This document shows positions 1-8,166 of a DNA stretch of 35,126 nt, piece after piece. The translations under genes were made by a program, and so were the position numbers. How positions within the stretch are numbered: the stretch's first letter is position 1; every line of letters starts with the position of its first letter. The DNA comes from a virus (lineage: Duplodnaviria > Caudoviricetes), in the IMG/VR virus record IMGVR_UViG_3300048851_000076, positions 1-35,126 of that record, one strand, 5' to 3'. Below the pieces are notes generated by a model, which had not been told where the DNA came from, did not search any database, and saw only the letters and a program-made list of their open reading frames with translations.

Positions 1-2
1 AC

Positions 3-200
3 TCTACGAATCAGGGTCGGGCGGCTGACTTCCTAACCCTTTCGGGAGCAATTCCGCTTGTCCCTGATGAAGAGATAAAGGCGGCGCTATTGGAAGCTGC
101 CGGCATAATCCGAGACCTGCATATCGTGCTGGATGCGGGGACGAAATCTAGATCGGGGGTCGCTGGTGAGGACCATTTCCGACACCTTACGGAAATTTAA
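3..200 (+). CDS. 3' part of a hypothetical phage protein (truncated by window edge)
   Basis: Frame 3 is open to TAA at 198-200 (..VPDEEIKAALLEAAGIIRDLHIVLD..); resembles small rhizobial prophage proteins. Confidence 0.5.
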   Translation, partial: STNQGRAADFLTLSGAIPLVPDEEIKAALLEAAGIIRDLHIVLDAGTKSRSGVAGEDHFRHLTEI

Positions 201-229
201 TCATGCTCAGGGTTTGTTAACGGGAAATT

Positions 230-247
230 GTTGACTTATATGGCAAC
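230..247. promoter_or_regulatory. Imperfect palindrome over the toxin start codon; candidate autoregulatory operator
   Basis: GTTGAC-TTATAT-GGCAAC spans the ATG at 240. Confidence 0.45.
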
Positions 248-722
248 TTTGGAAGAATTGGAGTCACGCAAACTTCTGTACCGGTTCCGTCCAAAGCGAC
301 TGAAGAGGCACGAGTTCGAGGATCGTCAGTTGTGGTTCTTTCCTGAGGTTGTCCAGTGGCTCCTAAATGACCTTCCAAAGTTGGGTGCATTTTACCCGGA
401 AAACCAGGCCCCTTACCTGCAAGCCAACGTCCTCATGAAGAGTTTTGTCCTCGGGGCTGAGTTCGTTGAAAAGACGATGTTCTGGAAAATGCGTCCTTAT
501 CGGGACGACGTATTCGAGTTGAAATCGGCAGACATCAGATTTTTTGGGTGGTTTGTTAAACCGAAAGTTTTTGTCGTCGCCTGTTTTGAAGTTTTTGAAA
601 ACGTACATGCCGAACCAGGCGTGCACGACCGCTATCGCGACGAGGTCATCAGGAAGCGATCTTTGCTACCCTTAGATGATCCTAAATACATCAAAGGAGC
701 GAAGGCAGACCATGTCTTTTGA
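240..722 (+). CDS. Putative RelE/HigB-like toxin
   Basis: Motif VFELKSADIRFFGWF resembles the RelE-superfamily ELR/K..R.f.f strands; lies directly upstream of an HTH gene (HigBA order). Start ATG 240 or TTG 228/231. Confidence 0.55.
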   Translation: MATLEELESRKLLYRFRPKRLKRHEFEDRQLWFFPEVVQWLLNDLPKLGAFYPENQAPYLQANVLMKSFVLGAEFVEKTMFWKMRPYRDDVFELKSADIRFFGWFVKPKVFVVACFEVFENVHAEPGVHDRYRDEVIRKRSLLPLDDPKYIKGAKADHVF

Positions 723-1128
723 TCTCGAACTGTCACCAAAAGAAGAAGCCGCATCAGATTTTGTTGCATTGGTTGGTGAAAAACTCCAACTTGCTCTTCT
801 GCATCGAAAATCTACTCACAGGCTTACCCAACAGAGGCTGGCTGAGAAATTGGACGTAGGCCGCTCCAGGGTGAACCGATGCTTCTCCGGCGCCAACAAC
901 TTAACGATTGCCACGTTGGCTGAACTAGCGTGGGCGCTCGATAGCGAGATAACATTCGATCTGGTCCCATCCGAGGACGGCCACCTAGCGGGCGGGAACT
1001 TTCCTCAACTGGAACAAGATCTTTCCACGATAGCAAACCAAGCGGAATTCCGCAGCTTTGGCGGCTCGAACCGAGCTTCGCAGGTCTCTCAAACGAACGC
1101 TTTCACCGGAGCTCAAACGTGGAGATGA
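712..1128 (+). CDS. XRE/HigA-like HTH antitoxin with C-terminal extension
   Basis: LTQQRLAEKLDVGRSRVNRCFSGANNLTIATLAELAWALD is an HTH_3-type motif; overlaps the upstream gene; about 50-aa low-complexity tail. Confidence 0.8.
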   Translation: MSFDLELSPKEEAASDFVALVGEKLQLALLHRKSTHRLTQQRLAEKLDVGRSRVNRCFSGANNLTIATLAELAWALDSEITFDLVPSEDGHLAGGNFPQLEQDLSTIANQAEFRSFGGSNRASQVSQTNAFTGAQTWR

Positions 1129-1514
1129 CTGCATTTACCGTGTTTTGCGACGACGTGCGTTTGGAAGCAAACGGCAAGCATTTTCTGATAGGTGTCTATT
1201 CCGGCAACATATTGGTCGAGGAAATCCCCGGCCCAGTCACCGTATCAACCTGGGTGCAGGTCCGGGGCGTACCTTCAGGACCTCGGATAGTGTCGCTAAC
1301 GGTTAACTTTTTTGGGAAAGACGGGGTATTTGAGGCCGGCAAAACAGAATTTGCGATTAACGTTCTCGATTCAGACTTGCCGGTAGTGCTTGCAGCCAAT
1401 GGATTGCACTTTACAGTCAATACGGAGGGCGCTCTCACGGTACTGGCTCGTATCGATGGTGGCGAAGGTATCCCGGCCGGCGAAATCACTATTACAAAGA
1501 ACAAAGCTCAGTGA
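1125..1514 (+). CDS. DUF6941-like beta-rich protein
   Basis: N-terminal FCDDVRLEANGKHFLIGVY motif; ATGA overlap with the HTH gene stop. Confidence 0.65.
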   Translation: MTAFTVFCDDVRLEANGKHFLIGVYSGNILVEEIPGPVTVSTWVQVRGVPSGPRIVSLTVNFFGKDGVFEAGKTEFAINVLDSDLPVVLAANGLHFTVNTEGALTVLARIDGGEGIPAGEITITKNKAQ

Positions 1515-1589
1515 AGCCGATGACTGCTCGGTCCACCCACTAGTCAACTGGTTTACCTGGTGGACTTTCCGCGTGCACCCGAAACCCGC

Positions 1590-2225
1590 CTAATTAGCAG
1601 GTGACGCGACTCGCTGCCTCTCGACCCGGTCAAGACGCTCCCGAAGATCAAGGATGATATCGCGCTGCCCGTAGACGCTGCCCTGCGCGGTCTTCACCTC
1701 ATCGATCTGGCGCTGCTGGTCCTGGAACCGCTGATCGTAGTTGGCCCATACCCGATCAAGTTCCTCGCGCGGGACCTGGGCGTCACGGACTTCCTTGAGC
1801 GAGGCTTCTGATCGCGCACGGTCTTCAGATCCGCGGTTCGTCCGCCATTCCATTTCCTTCTGCGTCACCATCTTCTCGGTGATGATCGTGATCGAGCCCT
1901 TAAGGTCGGTCGTCGCGCTCTGGATCGGCCAGTAGACCAGGCCGCCGACAATCGTGCAGAACGAGAGCGCCACCGCGATAGCCTGCCACTGCGGCTTGTT
2001 TCGCTCCGCCATGTTGGTCGAGAGAGCTGCTACCGAGGAGCGCATCTCCGACGACATCGCCGCCATGGAGGATTCGATCTGCTTGAAGCCAGACCGCATT
2101 TCGTTCTCTAGATCCGACTGCCGGCGGTTGAGATTGGTTACCCGCTCGCCGAGCTGGGCGGTCAAAGCATCCGCATAAACTACTCGGTGTTCTGCGCCAT
2201 TGGGCATCTCGTCGTTCCCTGCCAT
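1590..2225 (-). CDS. Coiled-coil membrane protein, last gene of the late/lysis operon
   Basis: One hydrophobic segment (WQAIAVALSFCTIVGGLVYWPI) between heptad-rich regions; on the late strand. Confidence 0.7.
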   Translation of the reverse strand: MAGNDEMPNGAEHRVVYADALTAQLGERVTNLNRRQSDLENEMRSGFKQIESSMAAMSSEMRSSVAALSTNMAERNKPQWQAIAVALSFCTIVGGLVYWPIQSATTDLKGSITIITEKMVTQKEMEWRTNRGSEDRARSEASLKEVRDAQVPREELDRVWANYDQRFQDQQRQIDEVKTAQGSVYGQRDIILDLRERLDRVERQRVASPAN

Positions 2226-2326
2226 TGGTCCTGCTGCCCTTTCAATGCGTCAGTCTGAAATTTGGTCGTTGTTCTTCTTCCGGCTCGTTCATCGAATACG
2301 TTGGAGACTTGGCTCCGCCGCGAACG

Positions 2327-2351
2327 GGAACGTGTTGCTTTTCTGGATGTT
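2327..2351 (+). promoter_or_regulatory. EcfG/RpoE2-type general-stress promoter
   Basis: GGAAC-N18-TT, matching the rhizobial RpoE2 consensus, about 30 nt upstream of the DUF982 ATG. Confidence 0.55.
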
Positions 2352-2380
2352 GGGGGGCGCCGAACTATGAGAGTTGTAAC

Positions 2381-2632
2381 ATGCACGACCCGAAGCGATG
2401 GCGGCGACCTGTAATCTACGAAGACGGGAGCGGCCTGATCCGTAAAGTCAGCAGCACTGAGGAAGCATCGGATATTCTGATGTCTTCGTGGCCAACCAAC
2501 ACTGGCCGAGAGTTCGAGAAGGCCCAGGAAATCTTCCTGCAGGTCATGAGCGGAGGACGGCCGCCAAGTGAGGCCCGGGTCGCCTTCCTGCGAGCGGCGG
2601 AAGAGGCAGACCTTGATGTCAGCGGCAACTGA
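2381..2632 (+). CDS. DUF982 family protein
   Basis: W..PV...VSSTEEA...LM..WP...ARVAFLRAAEEA pattern. Confidence 0.85.
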   Translation: MHDPKRWRRPVIYEDGSGLIRKVSSTEEASDILMSSWPTNTGREFEKAQEIFLQVMSGGRPPSEARVAFLRAAEEADLDVSGN

Positions 2633-2784
2633 CCACCAATCGTTTCTCCTTCGTCTGAGGCGTCCGACTCGACTCCCTCATCAATGAGCGTATGCTTATG
2701 CAATCGTCGGCAACCGAACCTGTGGGCGCTGGCGGCCGAGGGTTGGTACGCGCTCCCGCCCACGCAAGGATAGGAGGAGTTCCA

Positions 2785-3060
2785 ATGAGGGTCCCCGAAT
2801 TTCCTGCAGCTTCTCGCTTCCCAACTCTTCGACCAATGCTACTGGGGTGGGCAAAGCAGCTTACCCATACCGAAGAAGAACAGAGACAGTTGGTGGAGCA
2901 AACGATTGCGCGCGCCGCCTATGACCCATTCACTATCGCGGATGAACCGATCGATCGGGCTTTATTAAGTCTCATGCTCCAGATCGCGAGATCTGACATG
3001 GTGATTGGGCCAGCTCTCGACGAACGATTCAGAACGCCGGCAGAATTCCGAAAAATGTGA
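2785..3060 (+). CDS. Small protein with weak resemblance to ECF sigma region 2
   Basis: Strong RBS AGGAGG before ATG 2785; LRPMLLGWAKQLTHTEEEQRQLVEQTIARA. Confidence 0.55.
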   Translation: MRVPEFPAASRFPTLRPMLLGWAKQLTHTEEEQRQLVEQTIARAAYDPFTIADEPIDRALLSLMLQIARSDMVIGPALDERFRTPAEFRKM

Positions 3061-3144
3061 CCCCGCGGACACCCAATTGTACGCCTTCTGACAAAGGCAA
3101 CGAGCAGCCTTGTCCTATTTCGGATTTTGGTGCAGCATTTGCCG

Positions 3145-3426
3145 ATGCAAACGTTCTATTTTCACCTGAACTATCTCAGGGATTTGATTGCCGATCCTGA
3201 GGGGTCGGAACTCCCAGACCTTGAAGCGGCAAAGACAGAGGCCCGTCAGGGCATTCGGGACATAGCAGCGGAATGCCTTCGGGCACGCCGGGAATTCACG
3301 CTTTGGAGCGTCCGCATTTGCAATGAACAAGGCCACTTGCTGGCCGAGGTCTTGGTTGCCGAAGCCCTCAGTGAAGTTATCCCGGCCACCATCTTCATAA
3401 CGCCCAGCTCGGACAGTCACGTATAA
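3145..3426 (+). CDS. DUF6894 family protein
   Basis: MQTFYFHL...DPEGSELPDLEAAKTEA...VRICNEQGHLL pattern. Confidence 0.8.
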   Translation: MQTFYFHLNYLRDLIADPEGSELPDLEAAKTEARQGIRDIAAECLRARREFTLWSVRICNEQGHLLAEVLVAEALSEVIPATIFITPSSDSHV

Positions 3427-3435
3427 GTGGTCCTC

Positions 3436-3729
3436 TTAGCGGCGGATCGGGTGGATCGCCAGATTGCGGGGCTGCTCGATTGTTTTCTGGTCATGCGCCA
3501 GACATTCCCCCTGCGTCCACACGCCGGCCCCGCAGACGCCGGCGACCGTGTCATCGATTGCTTCCTGATCGTCAGGTGTTTCGCCACGCGCGCCGATCAG
3601 CGACGTCCCCACGATGGCTCTAGCCGTGCGGAGCAGTTGTCCCTTGGAGGCACTGACCTGTTGCGTTGAGGTACACGCCGCCGCGCTCACGGCACATGCG
3701 ACGGTTAAAGCGAGCCTTGTCAGCTTCAT
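3436..3729 (-). CDS. Lipoprotein, putative o-spanin (Rz1-like)
   Basis: Signal peptide with lipobox-like SAAAC; overlaps the 3' half of the upstream membrane gene in another frame. Confidence 0.65.
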   Translation of the reverse strand: MKLTRLALTVACAVSAAACTSTQQVSASKGQLLRTARAIVGTSLIGARGETPDDQEAIDDTVAGVCGAGVWTQGECLAHDQKTIEQPRNLAIHPIRR

Positions 3730-3907
3730 TGCTCAGTTCTCCTACGGCTTTATCGGTTGCTGCCTGCATGGTGGCGCGCTCGGCGGCCCGCGCCTCCTCC
3801 TTGGCGTCCGGTAACCACCAGACGGCATTGATGGTGGTGAAGACGGCGAAGCCGAGCGCCAGTCCGCCCGCTGCGCCGATCGCCATGCTGATCTTGTCGG
3901 TGATCAT
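3620..3907 (-). CDS. Putative i-spanin (Rz-like)
   Basis: N-terminal TM helix plus Ala-rich helical region, directly after the endolysin. Confidence 0.65.
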   Translation of the reverse strand: MITDKISMAIGAAGGLALGFAVFTTINAVWWLPDAKEEARAAERATMQAATDKAVGELSNEADKARFNRRMCRERGGVYLNATGQCLQGTTAPHG

Positions 3908-4875
3908 GGTTCTACCGCCGCACGGATCTTGCCGACCGCCGAGACGATGGAGTTCTGAAGCAGGAGGCCGAGGATCAGCGTCAACAGGATGACGACTGCT
4001 AGGACTGCGACCACTTGCCAGTCCATGCCGGCGAAGGCCGCGAGGCCAAGGCCGCCAAACGATCCCCCGCCGCCAAAGAGGCCGAAGATGTTGAACTTGC
4101 GCTTCACCTGCGTCTCGACGGCGACCGGCACCACTGGCTTCTCTTCGGTAACCGGCGACGCGGAGAAGGCTGCCATCTGCACAGATGCTCCGGAGAGAGC
4201 GAGGAGATCCTTGTGCAAGGCCGCTCGCGACTTCGGTCCAACGTCTCCGTCAACTCCCAGGCCGCGCTCGGACTGGTAGCGCCGGATGTCTGCCTCCGTG
4301 GGCTGGTATCCGAGCATCACCAGCGAGATCCGGCCATAGTAATCGATGCGGTCGACGAGGCCGTTCTTGCCGCCGTTGATCTTCTTGGTGATCGTCTCGA
4401 TATCGTTCCGGTCGGCATAGGCATTCAGGTTCCGGGTCGACCAATACCAGAGCGGTGCCAGCCCCTCCCACGGATCGGTATTGACTAAGTCCGGCTGCGC
4501 TGCGAAGTCAGGCGGATTGTAGCCCTTCTGACGGCACCAATCACGGAAGGCCTCATAGTTCGCCTTGCCAGTGATCTGGATGCCGGCCCGGCCGCGGTAG
4601 AGGTAGCCGTCGCCATCGGCTTCCGGCGTGTTGCCGAGATCGGTGCGGGTATCATACCGAGCCTGCGCAGCCGTCGGTCCCCAGACCTCCTGGTCAAACC
4701 GGAAGGCACCGCTCTCGTGCATCAGCTGCGCGAGATAGTGCGCCACCCGGTGCGGCCTGTTCAGTCCCAGCCCCAGCCCGAACTTGTCGAGCGCGACCAG
4801 GACCGAGTTCATATTGCCTTCGTTGACACGCGATTTTGCAGCCGTGCGGATTTGCGCGGCAGTGATGACGCTCAT
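3904..4875 (-). CDS. Endolysin: glycoside hydrolase 19 + peptidoglycan-binding domain + C-terminal membrane segment
   Basis: AHYLAQLMHESG and YRGRAGIQITGKANY (GH19); IRRYQSERGLGVDGDVGPKSRAAL (PG_binding_1-like); hydrophobic C-terminus. Confidence 0.9.
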   Translation of the reverse strand: MSVITAAQIRTAAKSRVNEGNMNSVLVALDKFGLGLGLNRPHRVAHYLAQLMHESGAFRFDQEVWGPTAAQARYDTRTDLGNTPEADGDGYLYRGRAGIQITGKANYEAFRDWCRQKGYNPPDFAAQPDLVNTDPWEGLAPLWYWSTRNLNAYADRNDIETITKKINGGKNGLVDRIDYYGRISLVMLGYQPTEADIRRYQSERGLGVDGDVGPKSRAALHKDLLALSGASVQMAAFSASPVTEEKPVVPVAVETQVKRKFNIFGLFGGGGSFGGLGLAAFAGMDWQVVAVLAVVILLTLILGLLLQNSIVSAVGKIRAAVEP

Positions 4876-4949
4876 GGTGATGTCCTGAAGTTGTCCCGTT
4901 TTGATACGGGTGCTGTGGGTATTTACGGCGTGTTAGGTACGTCCGGTAA

Positions 4950-5330
4950 CGGAAGTGGAACCACTTCGATCAGGGGCGAAGAGTGCCCCGTCGCGACCGA
5001 TCCCCCTTGGCGCGGCAGGAGGCCTGGCACGGCGGATCGCACGAGGGCGTGTGTGCCAGGCCTCTTGCATGTGATTCCGCGCCAGATCATCCAAGCCCAC
5101 GGCCGCGCCCTTGAAACCGTGAACTCGGGTAGGTACGCGTCGAAACCGGCTAGATCGATCGACTTAGTCTATTCGGGTGATGCACTCTCTCGAAAGTTGT
5201 GCAATTAATTTGGTCGCCAAGAGACTGTTGAGGGCTCGAACGGGAAAAACGGGCGAGCCCTCTTCTTTTTGGACCTGTTGTTCTGCGTTGGGTTGGGGGC
5301 CTGCACCCTGGCGGACCAGTGCGGGCCCCT
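4950..5330 (+). ncRNA. Candidate structured non-coding RNA(s)
   Basis: Five hairpins in an intergenic region with no credible ORF; G-U pairs favour the + strand. Confidence 0.35.
5230..5270 (+). terminator. Rho-independent terminator
   Basis: GAGGGCTCG...CGAGCCCTC followed by TTCTTTTT. Confidence 0.7.
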
Positions 5331-5368
5331 ACAAGGAAATTCATGCCTTAGGAGCTTGTCGAAGACGC

Positions 5369-5908
5369 CTACGGCCAATAAGCCGGACTGGTGGCGAAGT
5401 CTGCGGGGATCGGGTTCATTGCCTGCAGATCGAACGACGCCTGATAGAGCGGCTGACGATACTGGCCGGCGGCAAGCAGGATCATCTGCCATTCGATTGC
5501 GGTCACGTCCACTCTGCCGGTCTCTGTCGATATACCGATCGTCGCGCCTGGCTGGCCGACATTGATGCAAGCTTGCGCGATCGGGCACACCTCGTCCATC
5601 CAGCGCCGCATATCGGCATCCGAGGTGCCGATCAGATGCACGCCGCGATCATCACCGAAATCAAAGGCAAAGCCCGCTCTCAGCCGCCGGTCTCGTTCTG
5701 CAGAAACGTCGTCGGATGTCGGGCGCGCGAGCGGCAAAGGCTCCCAGGTGAACACCCCATTCACATAGTTCGGGACGCTCCCTTCGGCCGGAGGCATGGG
5801 CACCTCGATCGTATCTTCCGGCCAGCCGGCAACTATATCGGCAGACGGCTCATCGGTGACGGTCCAGGCGTTGCCGTTCAAGGGTGAGTAATAACAACCG
5901 GTCATCAT
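5369..5908 (-). CDS. DUF4376-like tail fibre assembly/accessory protein
   Basis: Coupled to the fibre stop; VSAERDRRL..GF and C-terminal IPADFATSPAYWP motifs. Confidence 0.7.
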   Translation of the reverse strand: MMTGCYYSPLNGNAWTVTDEPSADIVAGWPEDTIEVPMPPAEGSVPNYVNGVFTWEPLPLARPTSDDVSAERDRRLRAGFAFDFGDDRGVHLIGTSDADMRRWMDEVCPIAQACINVGQPGATIGISTETGRVDVTAIEWQMILLAAGQYRQPLYQASFDLQAMNPIPADFATSPAYWP

Positions 5909-7170
5909 TTGAGCTCCCAAACTGGTCTTGCGGTGTTGAACCGGTAGTAATGTCCTGGGGCTACGATGATTGTGTTCGCGCCTCGGCTGCTGCCGCCCGA
6001 ATGGTCGTAGATGGTGCTGTAGGTAACCCCGTCATTGGAATAAGCCAGATTGCCGGTGTCGCCGGAACCGTACTGCGCAAACACCATGATCGGCTTTCCG
6101 GTGGTGTTCTGTCGTCCAACGCCTGCCGTGCCGGTGAAGGCCTGCAATGTCTGGTCCACGCCCAACAGAGGGCCGGTGAGCAATGATCTGGGAGGTCCGT
6201 TCACGCCGGCCGTGCGGGTGAACGACGCTACGGGGCGCTTCCTCGTATAGTTGGCTGGCATCGTTGGTGCCGAGACCGAGAGTGAAACAAGAATGTCTGT
6301 AACGCCGGTATCGGGCCGCTGGATCTCGTGTACGTAATAAGTGCCGTTGCCGATGGCGCCGGTATCCAGCGCGCCTTGGTTGGTCCCAACAGTCCACAGT
6401 GCATCGGCCCGTTTGGTGAGCGCGCTCGTGAGCTGCATGAGGTCATATGGGCTCGTGTCGGAAGCAGCGGCACCGACTGCGATGTCAAGGTCATTGGCGG
6501 TATCGCCGGCATTGGTGGTGACCACTAGACCCGTGGAAAATCCCTGGAGCTGCGGGCCGGCAATCGATCCGCCGAACACGACGTTCAAAAGGTCATTTCC
6601 GCCCATGTCGATGTCGCCTGACATCAGGCCGCCACTGGTCGACAGATCGGTATGAAGCTTGAATGCTGTGCCGTCGCAGATCAGGAGTCCGAGCGTGCCG
6701 TTCTTGATGATGACCGCCGCGACGCCGTTCACCAGCTCGGCGAGATTTGGATCAATGATGAGGTCACCGCCGGCAGCTTTGACCGTGACGTTCCAGTTGG
6801 CGCCAAGCGTAGCCGCCGGATCAAGTGTCAGTGTCGGCGTGGCGCCCGCAAACCACAGCAGCGCCCCGTTGTCGGTAACCAGTCCCTTGTAGTTGCCGGC
6901 CTTCACAGAGTACCGGAAAGACACCTGATCGAGCTGGCCCTTGTTGACAGCGTCCGTCGTGGCTGTGCCGGCCGCCATGCCGGTGATTTTCTTCGTGCCC
7001 ATCTTGAGATCGCCACTCATTGGGGCCACGCCCGAGCGCAAGATGACACTGCTGAGGGCAGCCTGGATATCTTCCAGCGGCGGGTTGTGCTGGACGGGAA
7101 GGACCGTATCGCCGTTCTCGACGAAATAGCTCCCGGGCAGCGTGTAATTGCCGTTGCTATCGTAGGGCAT
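5905..7170 (-). CDS. Tail fibre / receptor-binding protein
   Basis: Gly/Thr-rich; YadA-like neck motif ITGMAAGTATTDAVNKGQLD; N-terminus MPYDSNGNYTLP typical of podovirus fibres. Confidence 0.8.
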   Translation of the reverse strand: MPYDSNGNYTLPGSYFVENGDTVLPVQHNPPLEDIQAALSSVILRSGVAPMSGDLKMGTKKITGMAAGTATTDAVNKGQLDQVSFRYSVKAGNYKGLVTDNGALLWFAGATPTLTLDPAATLGANWNVTVKAAGGDLIIDPNLAELVNGVAAVIIKNGTLGLLICDGTAFKLHTDLSTSGGLMSGDIDMGGNDLLNVVFGGSIAGPQLQGFSTGLVVTTNAGDTANDLDIAVGAAASDTSPYDLMQLTSALTKRADALWTVGTNQGALDTGAIGNGTYYVHEIQRPDTGVTDILVSLSVSAPTMPANYTRKRPVASFTRTAGVNGPPRSLLTGPLLGVDQTLQAFTGTAGVGRQNTTGKPIMVFAQYGSGDTGNLAYSNDGVTYSTIYDHSGGSSRGANTIIVAPGHYYRFNTARPVWELK

Positions 7171-7186
7171 GCAAGGTCTCCAATCG

Positions 7187-7215
7187 AAAACGGCCCCGCG
7201 ATTGCGAGGCGCTTT
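7187..7215 (-). terminator. Hairpin/terminator upstream of the tail fibre gene
   Basis: Minus strand GCCTCGC-AATC-GCGGGGC followed by CGTTTT. Confidence 0.45.
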
Positions 7216-7289
7216 AACGATATCTGCGGTTGGGATTCGACTATTTCTCTGGTTGTGCAATGATGCCGCGGGGCAATCAGGGGGACATC

Positions 7290-7721
7290 TTGAAAATCAT
7301 CAATTCACCGCGGCTCGTCGTAGCCGCATCGCTTGCGCTCGCTCTGGCGGGCTGCTCGACCACATCTCAAGAAGCCTTCAGACAAAATCCAAAAGGGGTT
7401 CCGAAGGTCGATATCTGTCGCACGCTACTGCAAACGCAGGACCCGACTTTCGCCCGCGAAATGGTAGCCGAGCTGACCCGCAGAAGCGTCAATCCATACG
7501 AATGCCCGAGCATGGTTCAGAAGCAGGACCAAGCAGGCGCAGCACTTGCAGTGATTGCCGTTGGTGGCGCGGCGGTCGCATATTGCGCCAACCACAATTG
7601 CGGAGGGGGCGGCTACGGCGGGCCGACGTATCCGGGCAACTGCTATTCCTACTATGATCGCGCAGCGGATGGCAGTTTGTGCGGCTACCGCGCGGCGATG
7701 GTCCGTCCGGGTGGGTATTAA
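7290..7721 (+). CDS. Cys-rich lipoprotein (moron)
   Basis: Lipobox LAGC; GGGGGA RBS before TTG 7290; C-terminal GNC...DRAADGSLCG..A...RPGG. Confidence 0.75.
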   Translation: MKIINSPRLVVAASLALALAGCSTTSQEAFRQNPKGVPKVDICRTLLQTQDPTFAREMVAELTRRSVNPYECPSMVQKQDQAGAALAVIAVGGAAVAYCANHNCGGGGYGGPTYPGNCYSYYDRAADGSLCGYRAAMVRPGGY

Positions 7722-7763
7722 ACTTAGAAGAGCCCGCAGGCGGGGCCTTCAGCGCAGCCAAGG

Positions 7764-8033
7764 ATGAACTTGATGGCACAAACCTTCGAAGATCTTAGGA
7801 ACACCTCCACAGAGGAGCTAAAGAACCGGTACGATCAAATTGCTGGATCGACCATTGTAGGCCTCAGTTTCTACCGCGAAGAGATTGCTCGCCGGGATGC
7901 CGAAGCTCAAAACCAGTTGATGCTCGATTTCACGAAACAAGTAAGAGACATGACGGTCGCGATCACAGTCATGACCGCAGTCGTGTTAGTACTGACGATC
8001 CTCAACGTTTGCCTTGCTTGGAAATGGAGCTAG
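7764..8033 (+). CDS. Small protein with C-terminal TM helix (moron)
   Basis: MTVAITVMTAVVLVLTILNVCLAW. Confidence 0.7.
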   Translation: MNLMAQTFEDLRNTSTEELKNRYDQIAGSTIVGLSFYREEIARRDAEAQNQLMLDFTKQVRDMTVAITVMTAVVLVLTILNVCLAWKWS

Positions 8034-8166
8034 CTAAGCCGGCCTGGCCCTTAGCCCAACCTCTGCAATACCTACAATGAGAAAGAGCCTCCCGCCCCAA
8101 ATCGCGTCGCTTATCCTTTCCTCCTGTGGTTCTGGACAAATCCGAAGAGTGCGGTATTGGTTGTGG

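Noticed and set aside
4717-5887. ORFs 4717-5208, 5150-5344, 5177-5887 crossing the hairpin region
   Set aside because: They overlap real genes antisense, have unnatural composition and lack clear RBSs.
5905-7170. Diversity-generating retroelement or invertible tail fibre cassette
   Set aside because: No reverse transcriptase, small invertase or second copy of the fibre C-terminus was seen.
5197-7260. TTGTGCAA near 5197 and 7253 matching the core of the 20-bp inverted repeat
   Set aside because: Only 8 bp, flanks differ, and it also occurs within the endolysin; insufficient to claim a regulon.
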